A DNA stretch of 32,000 bases from Geobacter metallireducens GS-15 (GTDB taxonomy: Bacteria > Desulfobacterota > Desulfuromonadia > Geobacterales > Geobacteraceae): the NCBI RefSeq assembly GCF_000012925.1, contig NC_007517.1, positions 300,001 to 332,000 of the forward strand. The letters run 5' to 3'. Under the pieces are notes generated by a model. It did no database searches and was not told the origin of the DNA. It worked only from the letters and a program-made list of their open reading frames with translations. Each line of letters opens with the position of its first letter. The stretch's first letter is position 1. Below, piece after piece: positions 25,837 through 32,000 of the stretch. A program made the position numbers and the translations under genes.

Positions 25837-25863
25837 TCACAGATATGCGGCCCCGGCTTTTTT
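25818..25863 (+). terminator. Intrinsic terminator forming the riboswitch expression platform
   Basis: 'gccggg' (25818-25823) pairs with 'cccggc' (25852-25857). There is an inner 'atatct cac agatat' helix, then TTTTTT (25858-25863). The 5' arm is part of the conserved aptamer 3' strand, so aptamer folding and terminator folding are mutually exclusive. Confidence 0.8.
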
Positions 25864-26002
25864 GTGTCCAAAATCCTGGGTCGGAACCACAACCGGGATA
25901 AAAGGAGATCATGCGCCAGAAAAGAAAAATTCCCAGTACCGATCGATTGAGCGAAAGCAGAACGAGAACATTTTTTGAGATCAGGGGATGAAAGGAGTCA
26001 AA

Positions 26003-28753
26003 ATGAAGATTGTCAGTAAGACGTCAGCGCAGTTCCTTTTTGTCGCGGCTCTGGGAGCAGGCGCTCTGACAGCGTTTCAGCTGAAGGGGACGGAGGCGCT
26101 GGCCTATCCCGCGTACTTCACGACCAATTGTGCCGGCTGCCATGCGGCACCGGTGGCCGCTACCTGCAATGGATGCCACCACCACGGCCCCGTGTCGCTG
26201 AAAGGCGCCACCAACAAAACGTCCTATGCCCCCGGAGAGTCCGTATCGGTAACCATCAGCGGCGGCAGCCAGAGCGGCTGGGTCAGGGCCATCCTGTATG
26301 ACCAGAACAATCAGCAGGTGGCCATATCGAGCGGCAACGATAGCGGCATGGGGCACTCGACAACGTTCCCTGCGACCCTGAGTGCGCCGGCGCCGACTGT
26401 CCCGGGAACGTACACCTGGAAAGCTGCCTGGTTCGGCAACAGTTATGATTCTACCAATCCGACCGCGAGCGCCCATGGCGAGGTGTCGGTGAATACCAAT
26501 TCGTTCACCGTTGTGGCTCCGGTCGACACCACCGTCCCGGTCGTGAGCGCCTTTACCCTTCCGGCCACTTCTACGAGCCTCACCGTTGCGGTCAGCTCCT
26601 TCACCGCCACCGACAACGTGGGCGTCACCGGCTACCTGATCACCACGAGCGCCACCGCGCCCGCAGCAAGCGCCACCGGGTGGAGCGCCACCGCCCCCAC
26701 GAGCGTCACCGCTGTTGCCGGCAGCAACACCTTCTACGCCTGGGCTAAGGACGCAGCAGGGAACGTCTCCCTCGCCAAGAGCGCCAGCGTGACGGTCACC
26801 CTTCCTGACACCGTCGTCCCGGTCGTGAGCGCCTTCACGCTTCCGGCCACCGCCACGAGCCTTACCGTTGCGGTCAGCTCCTTCACCGCCACCGACAACG
26901 TGGGCGTCACCGGCTACCTGATCACCAAGAGCGCCACCGCGCCCGCAGCAAGCGCCACCGGGTGGACGGCCACCGCCCCCACGAGCGTGACCGCCGTGGC
27001 CGGCAGCAACACCTTTTACGCCTGGGCCAAGGACGCAGCGGGCAACGTCTCGCTCGCCAAGAGCGCCAGCGTCACGGTCACGCTCCCTGACGCCACCGTC
27101 CCGGTCGTGAGCGCCTTCACCCTGCCTGCGACCTCCACGAGCCTCACCGTTGCGGTCAGCTCCTTCACCGCCACCGACAACGTGGGCGTCACCGGCTACC
27201 TGATCACCAAGAGCGCCACCGCGCCCGCAGCAAGCGCCACCGGGTGGACGGCCACCGCCCCCACGAGCGTGACCGCCGTGGCCGGCAGCAACACCTTTTA
27301 CGCCTGGGCCAAGGACGCAGCAGGGAACGTCTCCCTCGCCAAGAGCGCCAGCGTGACGGTCACCCTTCCTGATGCTACCGCCCCGGTGGTGAGCGCCTTT
27401 ACCCTTCCGGCCACTTCTACGAGCCTCACCGTTGCGGTCAGCTCCTTCACCGCCACCGACAACGTCGGCGTCACCGGCTACCTGATCACCAAGAGCGCCA
27501 CCGCGCCCGCAGCAAGCGCCACCGGGTGGACGGCCACCGCCCCCACGAGCGTGACCGCCGTAGCCGGCAATAACACCTTCTACGCCTGGGCCAAGGACGC
27601 AGCAGGGAACGTCTCCCTCGCCAAGAGCGCCAGCGTGACGGTAACGCTCCCTGACACCACCGCCCCGGTGGTGAGCGCCTTTACCCTTCCGGCCACTTCT
27701 ACGAGCCTCACCGTTGCGGTCAGCTCCTTTACCGCCACCGACAACGTCGGCGTCACCGGTTACCTGATCACCACCAGCGCCACGGCACCGGCGGCATCCG
27801 CCACCGGCTGGAGCGCCACTGCCCCCACGAGCGTGACCGCCGTGGCCGGCAATAACACCTTCTACGCCTGGGCCAAGGATGCAGCAGGCAACGTCTCCCT
27901 CTCCAAGAGCGCCAGCGTGACGGTTACCGTCGCCCCTGCGGACCTCACCCTGACCATATCCGCCCTGGCCAACGGTTCGTACACCAACAAGGGAACCTTG
28001 AACATCAGCGGCGTCGCCATTGATGCCGCCGGCATCAAGTCCGTAACCGTCAACGGGCAGACCGTTACCGTCAATCCGGATGGTTCCTTCAGCTATGCAC
28101 TGTCACTCCAGTCCGGCGCCAACACCGTAACGGTCGTCGCCACCGACAATGCCGGCACCCAGAAGACCGATATCCGCACCATAACCTATGACCCGGCCGC
28201 GCCGGTTCTGACGGTCTCCGCGCCGGCCGACAACAGCACCACCACCCAGTCGTTCATTACCTTGAACGGCACCATCAGCGAAACCTCCACCGTCAGCGTC
28301 AGCGTCAACGGCAGCGCCCCGCAAACCGCTGCCATCAGCGGCAACTCGTATACCGCCACCGTTTATCTGGTGAAAGGTGTGAACACCATCAGCATCAGCG
28401 CCACCGACCTGGCCGGCAACATCACAACCGCCAAGAGGACGGTAACCTACAGCGGCGTGAGCAATAACCTCGCACTTGCGGTTACCTTCCCCAATCAGGA
28501 CATTACCACCAAGTATCCGTACCTGGTCCTCAAGGGGACGGTTGTCGACAACGAGAAAGTGGCCGTCAAGATTATCATGGACGGCAAGACCTACATCCCT
28601 GTAGTTGATGATGGCGTATTCATGCAGCGTCTCGTTTTCACCACTCCCAAGCTGTATGCCATTACCGTCATTGCCACGGATGCGGCAGGCAACAAGAGCA
28701 CGGTCACTCGTAACGTGATTTACCGTCCCGGGTATGACCACGATGATGATTAA
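26003..28753 (+). CDS. Secreted repeat protein with two N-terminal CxxCH motifs, five tandem Ig-like repeats and further Ig-like domains
   Basis: AGGAG lies 6 nt before the ATG at 26003; the track start at 25988 lies inside the RBS. The signal peptide is 'MKIVSKTSAQFLFVAALGAGALTAFQ'. The heme-type motifs are 'NCAGCH' and 'CNGCHH'. Five 94-aa repeats follow, then 'NISGVAIDAAGIKSVTVNGQTVTVNPDGSFSY'-type domains. Confidence 0.8.
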   Translation: MKIVSKTSAQFLFVAALGAGALTAFQLKGTEALAYPAYFTTNCAGCHAAPVAATCNGCHHHGPVSLKGATNKTSYAPGESVSVTISGGSQSGWVRAILYDQNNQQVAISSGNDSGMGHSTTFPATLSAPAPTVPGTYTWKAAWFGNSYDSTNPTASAHGEVSVNTNSFTVVAPVDTTVPVVSAFTLPATSTSLTVAVSSFTATDNVGVTGYLITTSATAPAASATGWSATAPTSVTAVAGSNTFYAWAKDAAGNVSLAKSASVTVTLPDTVVPVVSAFTLPATATSLTVAVSSFTATDNVGVTGYLITKSATAPAASATGWTATAPTSVTAVAGSNTFYAWAKDAAGNVSLAKSASVTVTLPDATVPVVSAFTLPATSTSLTVAVSSFTATDNVGVTGYLITKSATAPAASATGWTATAPTSVTAVAGSNTFYAWAKDAAGNVSLAKSASVTVTLPDATAPVVSAFTLPATSTSLTVAVSSFTATDNVGVTGYLITKSATAPAASATGWTATAPTSVTAVAGNNTFYAWAKDAAGNVSLAKSASVTVTLPDTTAPVVSAFTLPATSTSLTVAVSSFTATDNVGVTGYLITTSATAPAASATGWSATAPTSVTAVAGNNTFYAWAKDAAGNVSLSKSASVTVTVAPADLTLTISALANGSYTNKGTLNISGVAIDAAGIKSVTVNGQTVTVNPDGSFSYALSLQSGANTVTVVATDNAGTQKTDIRTITYDPAAPVLTVSAPADNSTTTQSFITLNGTISETSTVSVSVNGSAPQTAAISGNSYTATVYLVKGVNTISISATDLAGNITTAKRTVTYSGVSNNLALAVTFPNQDITTKYPYLVLKGTVVDNEKVAVKIIMDGKTYIPVVDDGVFMQRLVFTTPKLYAITVIATDAAGNKSTVTRNVIYRPGYDHDDD
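26534..27943 (+). repeat. Five in-frame tandem repeats of 282 bp (94 aa), near-identical at the DNA level
   Basis: Units start at 26534, 26816, 27098, 27380 and 27662. Each begins 'g(t/c)cccggt(c/g)gtgagcgcc' and encodes '(V/A)PVVSAFTLPAT(S/A)TSLTVAVSSFTATDNVGVTGYLIT(T/K)SATAPAASATGW(S/T)ATAPTSVTAVAG(S/N)NTFYAWAKDAAGNVSL(A/S)KSASVTVT'. Confidence 0.9.
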
Positions 28754-28777
28754 TCTGTACCAGTAGTGACGTAGATG

Positions 28778-28809
28778 AAAAAAGCCACCCCCGACGGGGT
28801 GGCTTTTTT
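28778..28809. terminator. Bidirectional intrinsic terminator between convergent genes
   Basis: 'aaaaaa gccacccc cgac ggggtggc tttttt' is an 8-bp GC-rich stem with a 4-nt loop. A T-run follows on the + strand and an A-run (T-run on the - strand) lies on the other side. It sits between the stop at 28753 (+) and the stop at 28861 (-). Confidence 0.85.
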
Positions 28810-28860
28810 CTTTCGCTGGCATGACGGATAAGCGACACGCCGGGGCGTCCTCATGCCGCG

Positions 28861-29847
28861 TCAGTGGCCCCGTTCTTCCTCTCTCATCTGGCGCTGTTCC
28901 TGCTGTTGACCTCGTTTTTGCGGTTGCTCCCGGTTTTGCATTCTTTGTTCTTGAGGCCTGGGCGTCTCGCGCTGGATATCCCTCCGCTCCTGGCGCTGCT
29001 GGGGAGGACGTTGCGAGGGACCGCCCTGCTGCTCCGGTGCCCTCATCCGACGCTCTTCCTGCCGTCGTTCTCTCTGGCCGGGAACCGGCGCACTTTGCTC
29101 TCTCTGCTGTGCCGGGGCTCTCATCCGACGCTCTTCCTGTTTTCCCCGTTGCACGGGCAAAGTTTCTCTCGGGCCTCTTTGCTGCTCCGGGGCTCTCATG
29201 CGGCGCTCTTCCCGCTGTTCCCGCTGGGAAGTCGCGGGTGCCCCCTTCTCTCCCCGAGGCTGGAAGTGCTGGCGGACCGCCTTGTCGCGCGGCTGGTAAC
29301 GATAATGCTCGCGGCGTATCGCCTGCTGCTGCTCCACCGTGGGATACCGATCTCCCGAATACTGCCGCTGGTAGACAGGCAGCGGGGCGCGGGGAGGAGC
29401 CGAGCCACGTTTCCACTTGTTCCACCCTCTTCGCTCATGCTCCCATTCGCGTCCCCAGTGCTCGCCCCAGCGGGGAGGGGCATCCGGCCGCCACCTGTGA
29501 AAGTACGGTGGGGGATGCCGGTAGTAGCGCACGGGGATACGGAGGATGTAGACCGGAACCACGTCCGGTTCCACGATCCACCAGGGGCCGTTGTACCAGT
29601 AACTGGCGTACCAGTCGTCGTCGTAGTAAATCCAATACAGGCCGTCATAGAAGAAATAGTTGGCAGCCACCCGCGGCGCGTAATAGACCGGGTAGCCCGG
29701 CACCGGGACCAGGTCCGGGTAGAGCGGCAGGTTGATCCCGATGCTTACATGGGGCAAGCCGATGCCGATGCTCACCTGGGCCGGGACCGAAGTCACCGAG
29801 CACAACAGCATCCACAGTAAAACGACTCCGCAGCAAATTTTCCGCAT
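28861..29847 (-). CDS. Secreted protein with an aromatic-rich N-terminal domain and an Arg/Gln/Glu-rich repeat tail
   Basis: GGAGGA precedes the ATG at 29847. The signal peptide is 'MRKICCGVVLLWMLLCSVTSVPAQV'. It is followed by 'YYAPRVAANYFFYDGLYWIYYDDDWYASYWYNGPWWIV' and then three 'EERRMRAP(E/A)QQ' units. Alternative frames over this span are Pro/Ala/Arg-rich with no signal peptide. Confidence 0.6.
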   Translation of the reverse strand: MRKICCGVVLLWMLLCSVTSVPAQVSIGIGLPHVSIGINLPLYPDLVPVPGYPVYYAPRVAANYFFYDGLYWIYYDDDWYASYWYNGPWWIVEPDVVPVYILRIPVRYYRHPPPYFHRWRPDAPPRWGEHWGREWEHERRGWNKWKRGSAPPRAPLPVYQRQYSGDRYPTVEQQQAIRREHYRYQPRDKAVRQHFQPRGEKGAPATSQREQREERRMRAPEQQRGPRETLPVQRGKQEERRMRAPAQQREQSAPVPGQRERRQEERRMRAPEQQGGPSQRPPQQRQERRDIQRETPRPQEQRMQNREQPQKRGQQQEQRQMREEERGH

Positions 29848-29941
29848 ATCGTCCTCCATTTCGTCTGAAGCACAACAAGTTTATCCCCTGTTGCCAAGCT
29901 GTCAAACAGGACCTTTAGGCGGAAAACATCAGGTAACACAA

Positions 29942-29968
29942 AGGCCGCCCGGAACACCCGGACGGCCT
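29942..29968 (-). terminator. Probable intrinsic terminator of nrfA
   Basis: The minus strand reads 'aggccgtccggg tgtt cccgggcggcct' followed by 'ttgtgtt'. It lies ~40 nt downstream of the nrfA stop. Confidence 0.55.
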
Positions 29969-30004
29969 GTGCTTTCTTAGCCCATGATCGGCGTCAGCAG
30001 CGGA

Positions 30005-31471
30005 TCAGAACCGGACCTGCACGCCGTAGGGGTCCTTGATCTCCACCTTCGGGTCAAACGTCAGCTTCTTCTCGCCCCGTTGATCCAGGTACTTGTTCAG
30101 CTCCAGGTTGACGGTGAGCGGCACATCGACGCCGGCCTTGGCCAGGGCCTGACGGAGCAGGGCCTCGGCCTTGGTGGCGAAGGCGGTGGCGTCCCCCAGC
30201 ACCCGCATGGCCTCGGTGGGGTTGTGGAAGCCGACGGAGTTTTCGGCGCCGATGAAGACGCAGCGGTAGAAGGCTTCCTCATAGAGATCTTTCGCCCGGT
30301 CGTAGAGGGCCTTGTCGATCTGTTTTCCCTGGGCCTGGGCGGCATGGGCCTTCTCGAAGAGTTTGGCCACGGTTGCGGTGGCGTAGCCGGAGCGGAGCAT
30401 GAGGGAGACGGTCCGGTCCTGGATGGCGATGACCTGATCCCGGAGCCATTCGGGTTTTTCGGTGTGGCATTGGATGCAGGCCTTCATGTCATTCTTCAGG
30501 GGACTCATGACCCGGTGGTCCGATACCTTGAAGGCGCCGACCCGGGTGTAGGGCATATGACAGTCGGTGCAGGCCGCCCCGGCCTTCCAGTGGACGCTGT
30601 TGTTGGAGAAGAGCTCATACTCGGGGTGGCGGATGAATCCCAGCTTGAAGCCGGTGACTGTCTGCGTCCACTCCCCCACGCTGGCATCGCTGCGGATCTG
30701 CTTGATGATGTTCTCGACGGAGATGTTGCCCATCTTGCTTCCCTGCCAGGGGAAGTAGACTCCGATCGACTTCTTGTCGGCGTCCTTGGGAATATTGTAG
30801 GTGACGTGGCACTGGGCGCAGACGAGGCTCCGCATCTCCTGGCGGGACAGCTTCGCCTGGTCGACCCCCAGCTTCTTCAGGGCCTCTCCGAGGGTGAAGC
30901 CTCGGGAAATCCTGAGACTCATGTCCTTGTTGTCGTGGCAGTCGATGCAGGCCACCCCGAGGGTCTTATGCTTTTCGGGAATCTTGGCGAGGACATCCTT
31001 GAAGGGGGTCTTGAAGTAGTCGATCCCCATCTCCTTTTCGAGTTTGGGCGCGTAGGGGGTCTTGCAGGTGAGGCAGACGCCCCCCGACTTGAGGCGGGCC
31101 GAGTCGATCTCCAACTGGTCTCGCACCATGTTGGCGTGGCCCCGGGGCTCGTTGTAGGCGATGCCGAACCCCCAGCCGTTGAAGAGGAGTGCCATGTAGG
31201 GGAACTCGGAGAGCTTGTCGTAGGTGACGTGGTCGGCGTCGAAGCCCCGCTTGTACTTGCTCTTGCCAGGAGGCTCCGGCTCCTCGGTCTTTTTCCACAT
31301 TTCGTATTCGGTCGGATAGGCCTTGCCCCAGACGGCCGGGTCGACTTCGCCATCGGGGATCTGGACCGTCTTTACCGGCTGGGCTTTCTCCGGGGCGCAT
31401 CCCCCGAGGACAAACAGGGTTGCCGCGGCAGCCAGCGCGATCAGGGGTGCAACAGGATTCAGTCGTCTCAT
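30005..31471 (-). CDS. nrfA: Pentaheme cytochrome c nitrite reductase (ammonia-forming) NrfA
   Basis: GGAGGC RBS before the ATG at 31471; the track ORF extends further upstream through non-coding-like sequence. The signal/lipobox is 'MRRLNPVAPLIALAAAATLFVLGGC'. Heme motifs are 'CLTCK' (the NrfA-specific CxxCK), CIDCH, CAQCH, CTDCH and CIQCH. Confidence 0.92.
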   Translation of the reverse strand: MRRLNPVAPLIALAAAATLFVLGGCAPEKAQPVKTVQIPDGEVDPAVWGKAYPTEYEMWKKTEEPEPPGKSKYKRGFDADHVTYDKLSEFPYMALLFNGWGFGIAYNEPRGHANMVRDQLEIDSARLKSGGVCLTCKTPYAPKLEKEMGIDYFKTPFKDVLAKIPEKHKTLGVACIDCHDNKDMSLRISRGFTLGEALKKLGVDQAKLSRQEMRSLVCAQCHVTYNIPKDADKKSIGVYFPWQGSKMGNISVENIIKQIRSDASVGEWTQTVTGFKLGFIRHPEYELFSNNSVHWKAGAACTDCHMPYTRVGAFKVSDHRVMSPLKNDMKACIQCHTEKPEWLRDQVIAIQDRTVSLMLRSGYATATVAKLFEKAHAAQAQGKQIDKALYDRAKDLYEEAFYRCVFIGAENSVGFHNPTEAMRVLGDATAFATKAEALLRQALAKAGVDVPLTVNLELNKYLDQRGEKKLTFDPKVEIKDPYGVQVRF

Positions 31472-31482
31472 TGTTGAGCCTC

Positions 31483-31944
31483 CTATAAGGTTTCCATGGC
31501 CCCGCTCCGCGTGTGGGAGACGCGGCGGTGGCATTTCCAGCATTGGCGTTCGGTATCGATGTGGGTCACGGTGGTGTCGTGGCAGCGGACGCAGTTCTTC
31601 TGGAGAACCTCTTCTCCGTGCTTCGAGAGCCTGATGATCTCCGGCACGTGTCCCGAATAGAAGAAGATGGCGTCCTTCGCGCCGTCGATGGATTTCCAGA
31701 TATAGTGGACCGCGAGGTTCTCGTTGGGGAGGTGGCAGTCGACGCACTTGACCCGCCGGTGGGCACCGGTGTGGATCCATGCCTCGTATTCATTTTCCAT
31801 GGGGTGGCACCCGACGCAGAAGTCGGGGGTGTCCGATTTGGCCAGCAGCTTCGGCGGCCCGAAAAGCACGAAGAGCGCCACCGCTGCTACGATTACGCCG
31901 ATCGCCAGGTAGATGGCCTGGTTTCCGGTCCCGGGCAATCCCAT
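31483..31944 (-). CDS. nrfH: Tetraheme membrane quinol dehydrogenase NrfH (NapC/NirT family)
   Basis: GGAGG lies 8 nt before the ATG at 31944. There is an N-terminal TM helix 'AIYLAIGVIVAAVALFVLF' and four CxxCH motifs (CVGCH, CVDCH, CVRCH, CWKCH). The gene ends 11 nt upstream of nrfA. Confidence 0.9.
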   Translation of the reverse strand: MGLPGTGNQAIYLAIGVIVAAVALFVLFGPPKLLAKSDTPDFCVGCHPMENEYEAWIHTGAHRRVKCVDCHLPNENLAVHYIWKSIDGAKDAIFFYSGHVPEIIRLSKHGEEVLQKNCVRCHDTTVTHIDTERQCWKCHRRVSHTRSGAMETL

Positions 31945-32000
31945 ATCGTTCACCTCCTCTTGGTGATGTGCCGATTGTAATGATATGTGACTAACAGTAT

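Noticed and set aside
26534-27943. A regular 282-bp periodic repeat array, considered as a CRISPR array or a diversity-generating retroelement target.
   Set aside because: The repeats are directly contiguous with no spacers, in-frame, and encode a folded-domain-like 94-aa unit inside one ORF. No reverse transcriptase or template repeat lies nearby. The differences between copies are not adenine-specific in any pattern I could see.
28103-29820. Three alternative long ORFs (28103-29425 minus, 28821-29735 plus, 28864-29820 plus) overlapping the secreted-protein gene and the 3' end of the repeat protein.
   Set aside because: All are Pro/Ala/Arg/Ser-rich with no signal peptide, RBS or motifs. The 28861-29847 minus frame has a signal peptide, an SD sequence and a non-degenerate aromatic domain.
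29984-31477. A 497-aa plus-strand ORF opposite nrfA, together with the N-terminal extension of the nrfA ORF up to 31780.
   Set aside because: The minus-strand frame carries CxxCK plus four CxxCH motifs and a signal peptide starting at the ATG at 31471 with a GGAGG RBS. The plus-strand frame is Gly/Leu/Val/Asp shadow. The 103-codon upstream extension overlaps nrfH and is Arg/Pro-rich.

Overview
This is a GC-rich window that looks Geobacter/Desulfuromonadales-like. That taxonomic call is inferred from gene content (NrfHA, GEMM-I riboswitch, CxxCH proteins), not tested.

Layout:
- 1-1962: housekeeping genes. These are the 3' part of an L-threonine aldolase, a DUF1318/YdbL-like protein and a small lipoprotein.
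- 2320-25661: a type VI secretion system (T6SS) locus, all on the + strand. The gene order is tssL, tssM, a single ORF joining TagF and TssA, two visibly lower-GC unknown genes, tssB, tssC, hcp, an Hcp-linked unknown/signal-peptide gene pair, an IS5-family insertion with a neighbouring palindromic element, an AT-rich pair (secreted NTF2-like protein plus an M15/LAS peptidoglycan peptidase), then vgrG.
- Downstream of vgrG is a tightly packed cargo operon: a beta-ketoacyl-synthase-like protein, a DUF4150 PAAR-like protein, a lipoprotein, a Ser-Asp-His lipase and a DUF2169 adaptor.
- No tssE/F/G/J/K or clpV lies in the window, and both borders of the locus are non-T6SS genes.
- 25759-28809: a GEMM-I (cyclic-dinucleotide) riboswitch with an overlapping intrinsic terminator. 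It precedes a 916-aa secreted protein with two CxxCH motifs and five near-identical 282-bp tandem repeats.
- 28861-31944, minus strand: a secreted aromatic-rich/Arg-Gln-repeat protein, then nrfA (CxxCK plus 4 CxxCH) and nrfH (4 CxxCH).

The most unusual items are the KAS-like gene translationally coupled to vgrG, the TagF-TssA fusion, the uncharacterised candidate effector/immunity pairs, and the riboswitch-controlled repeat protein.
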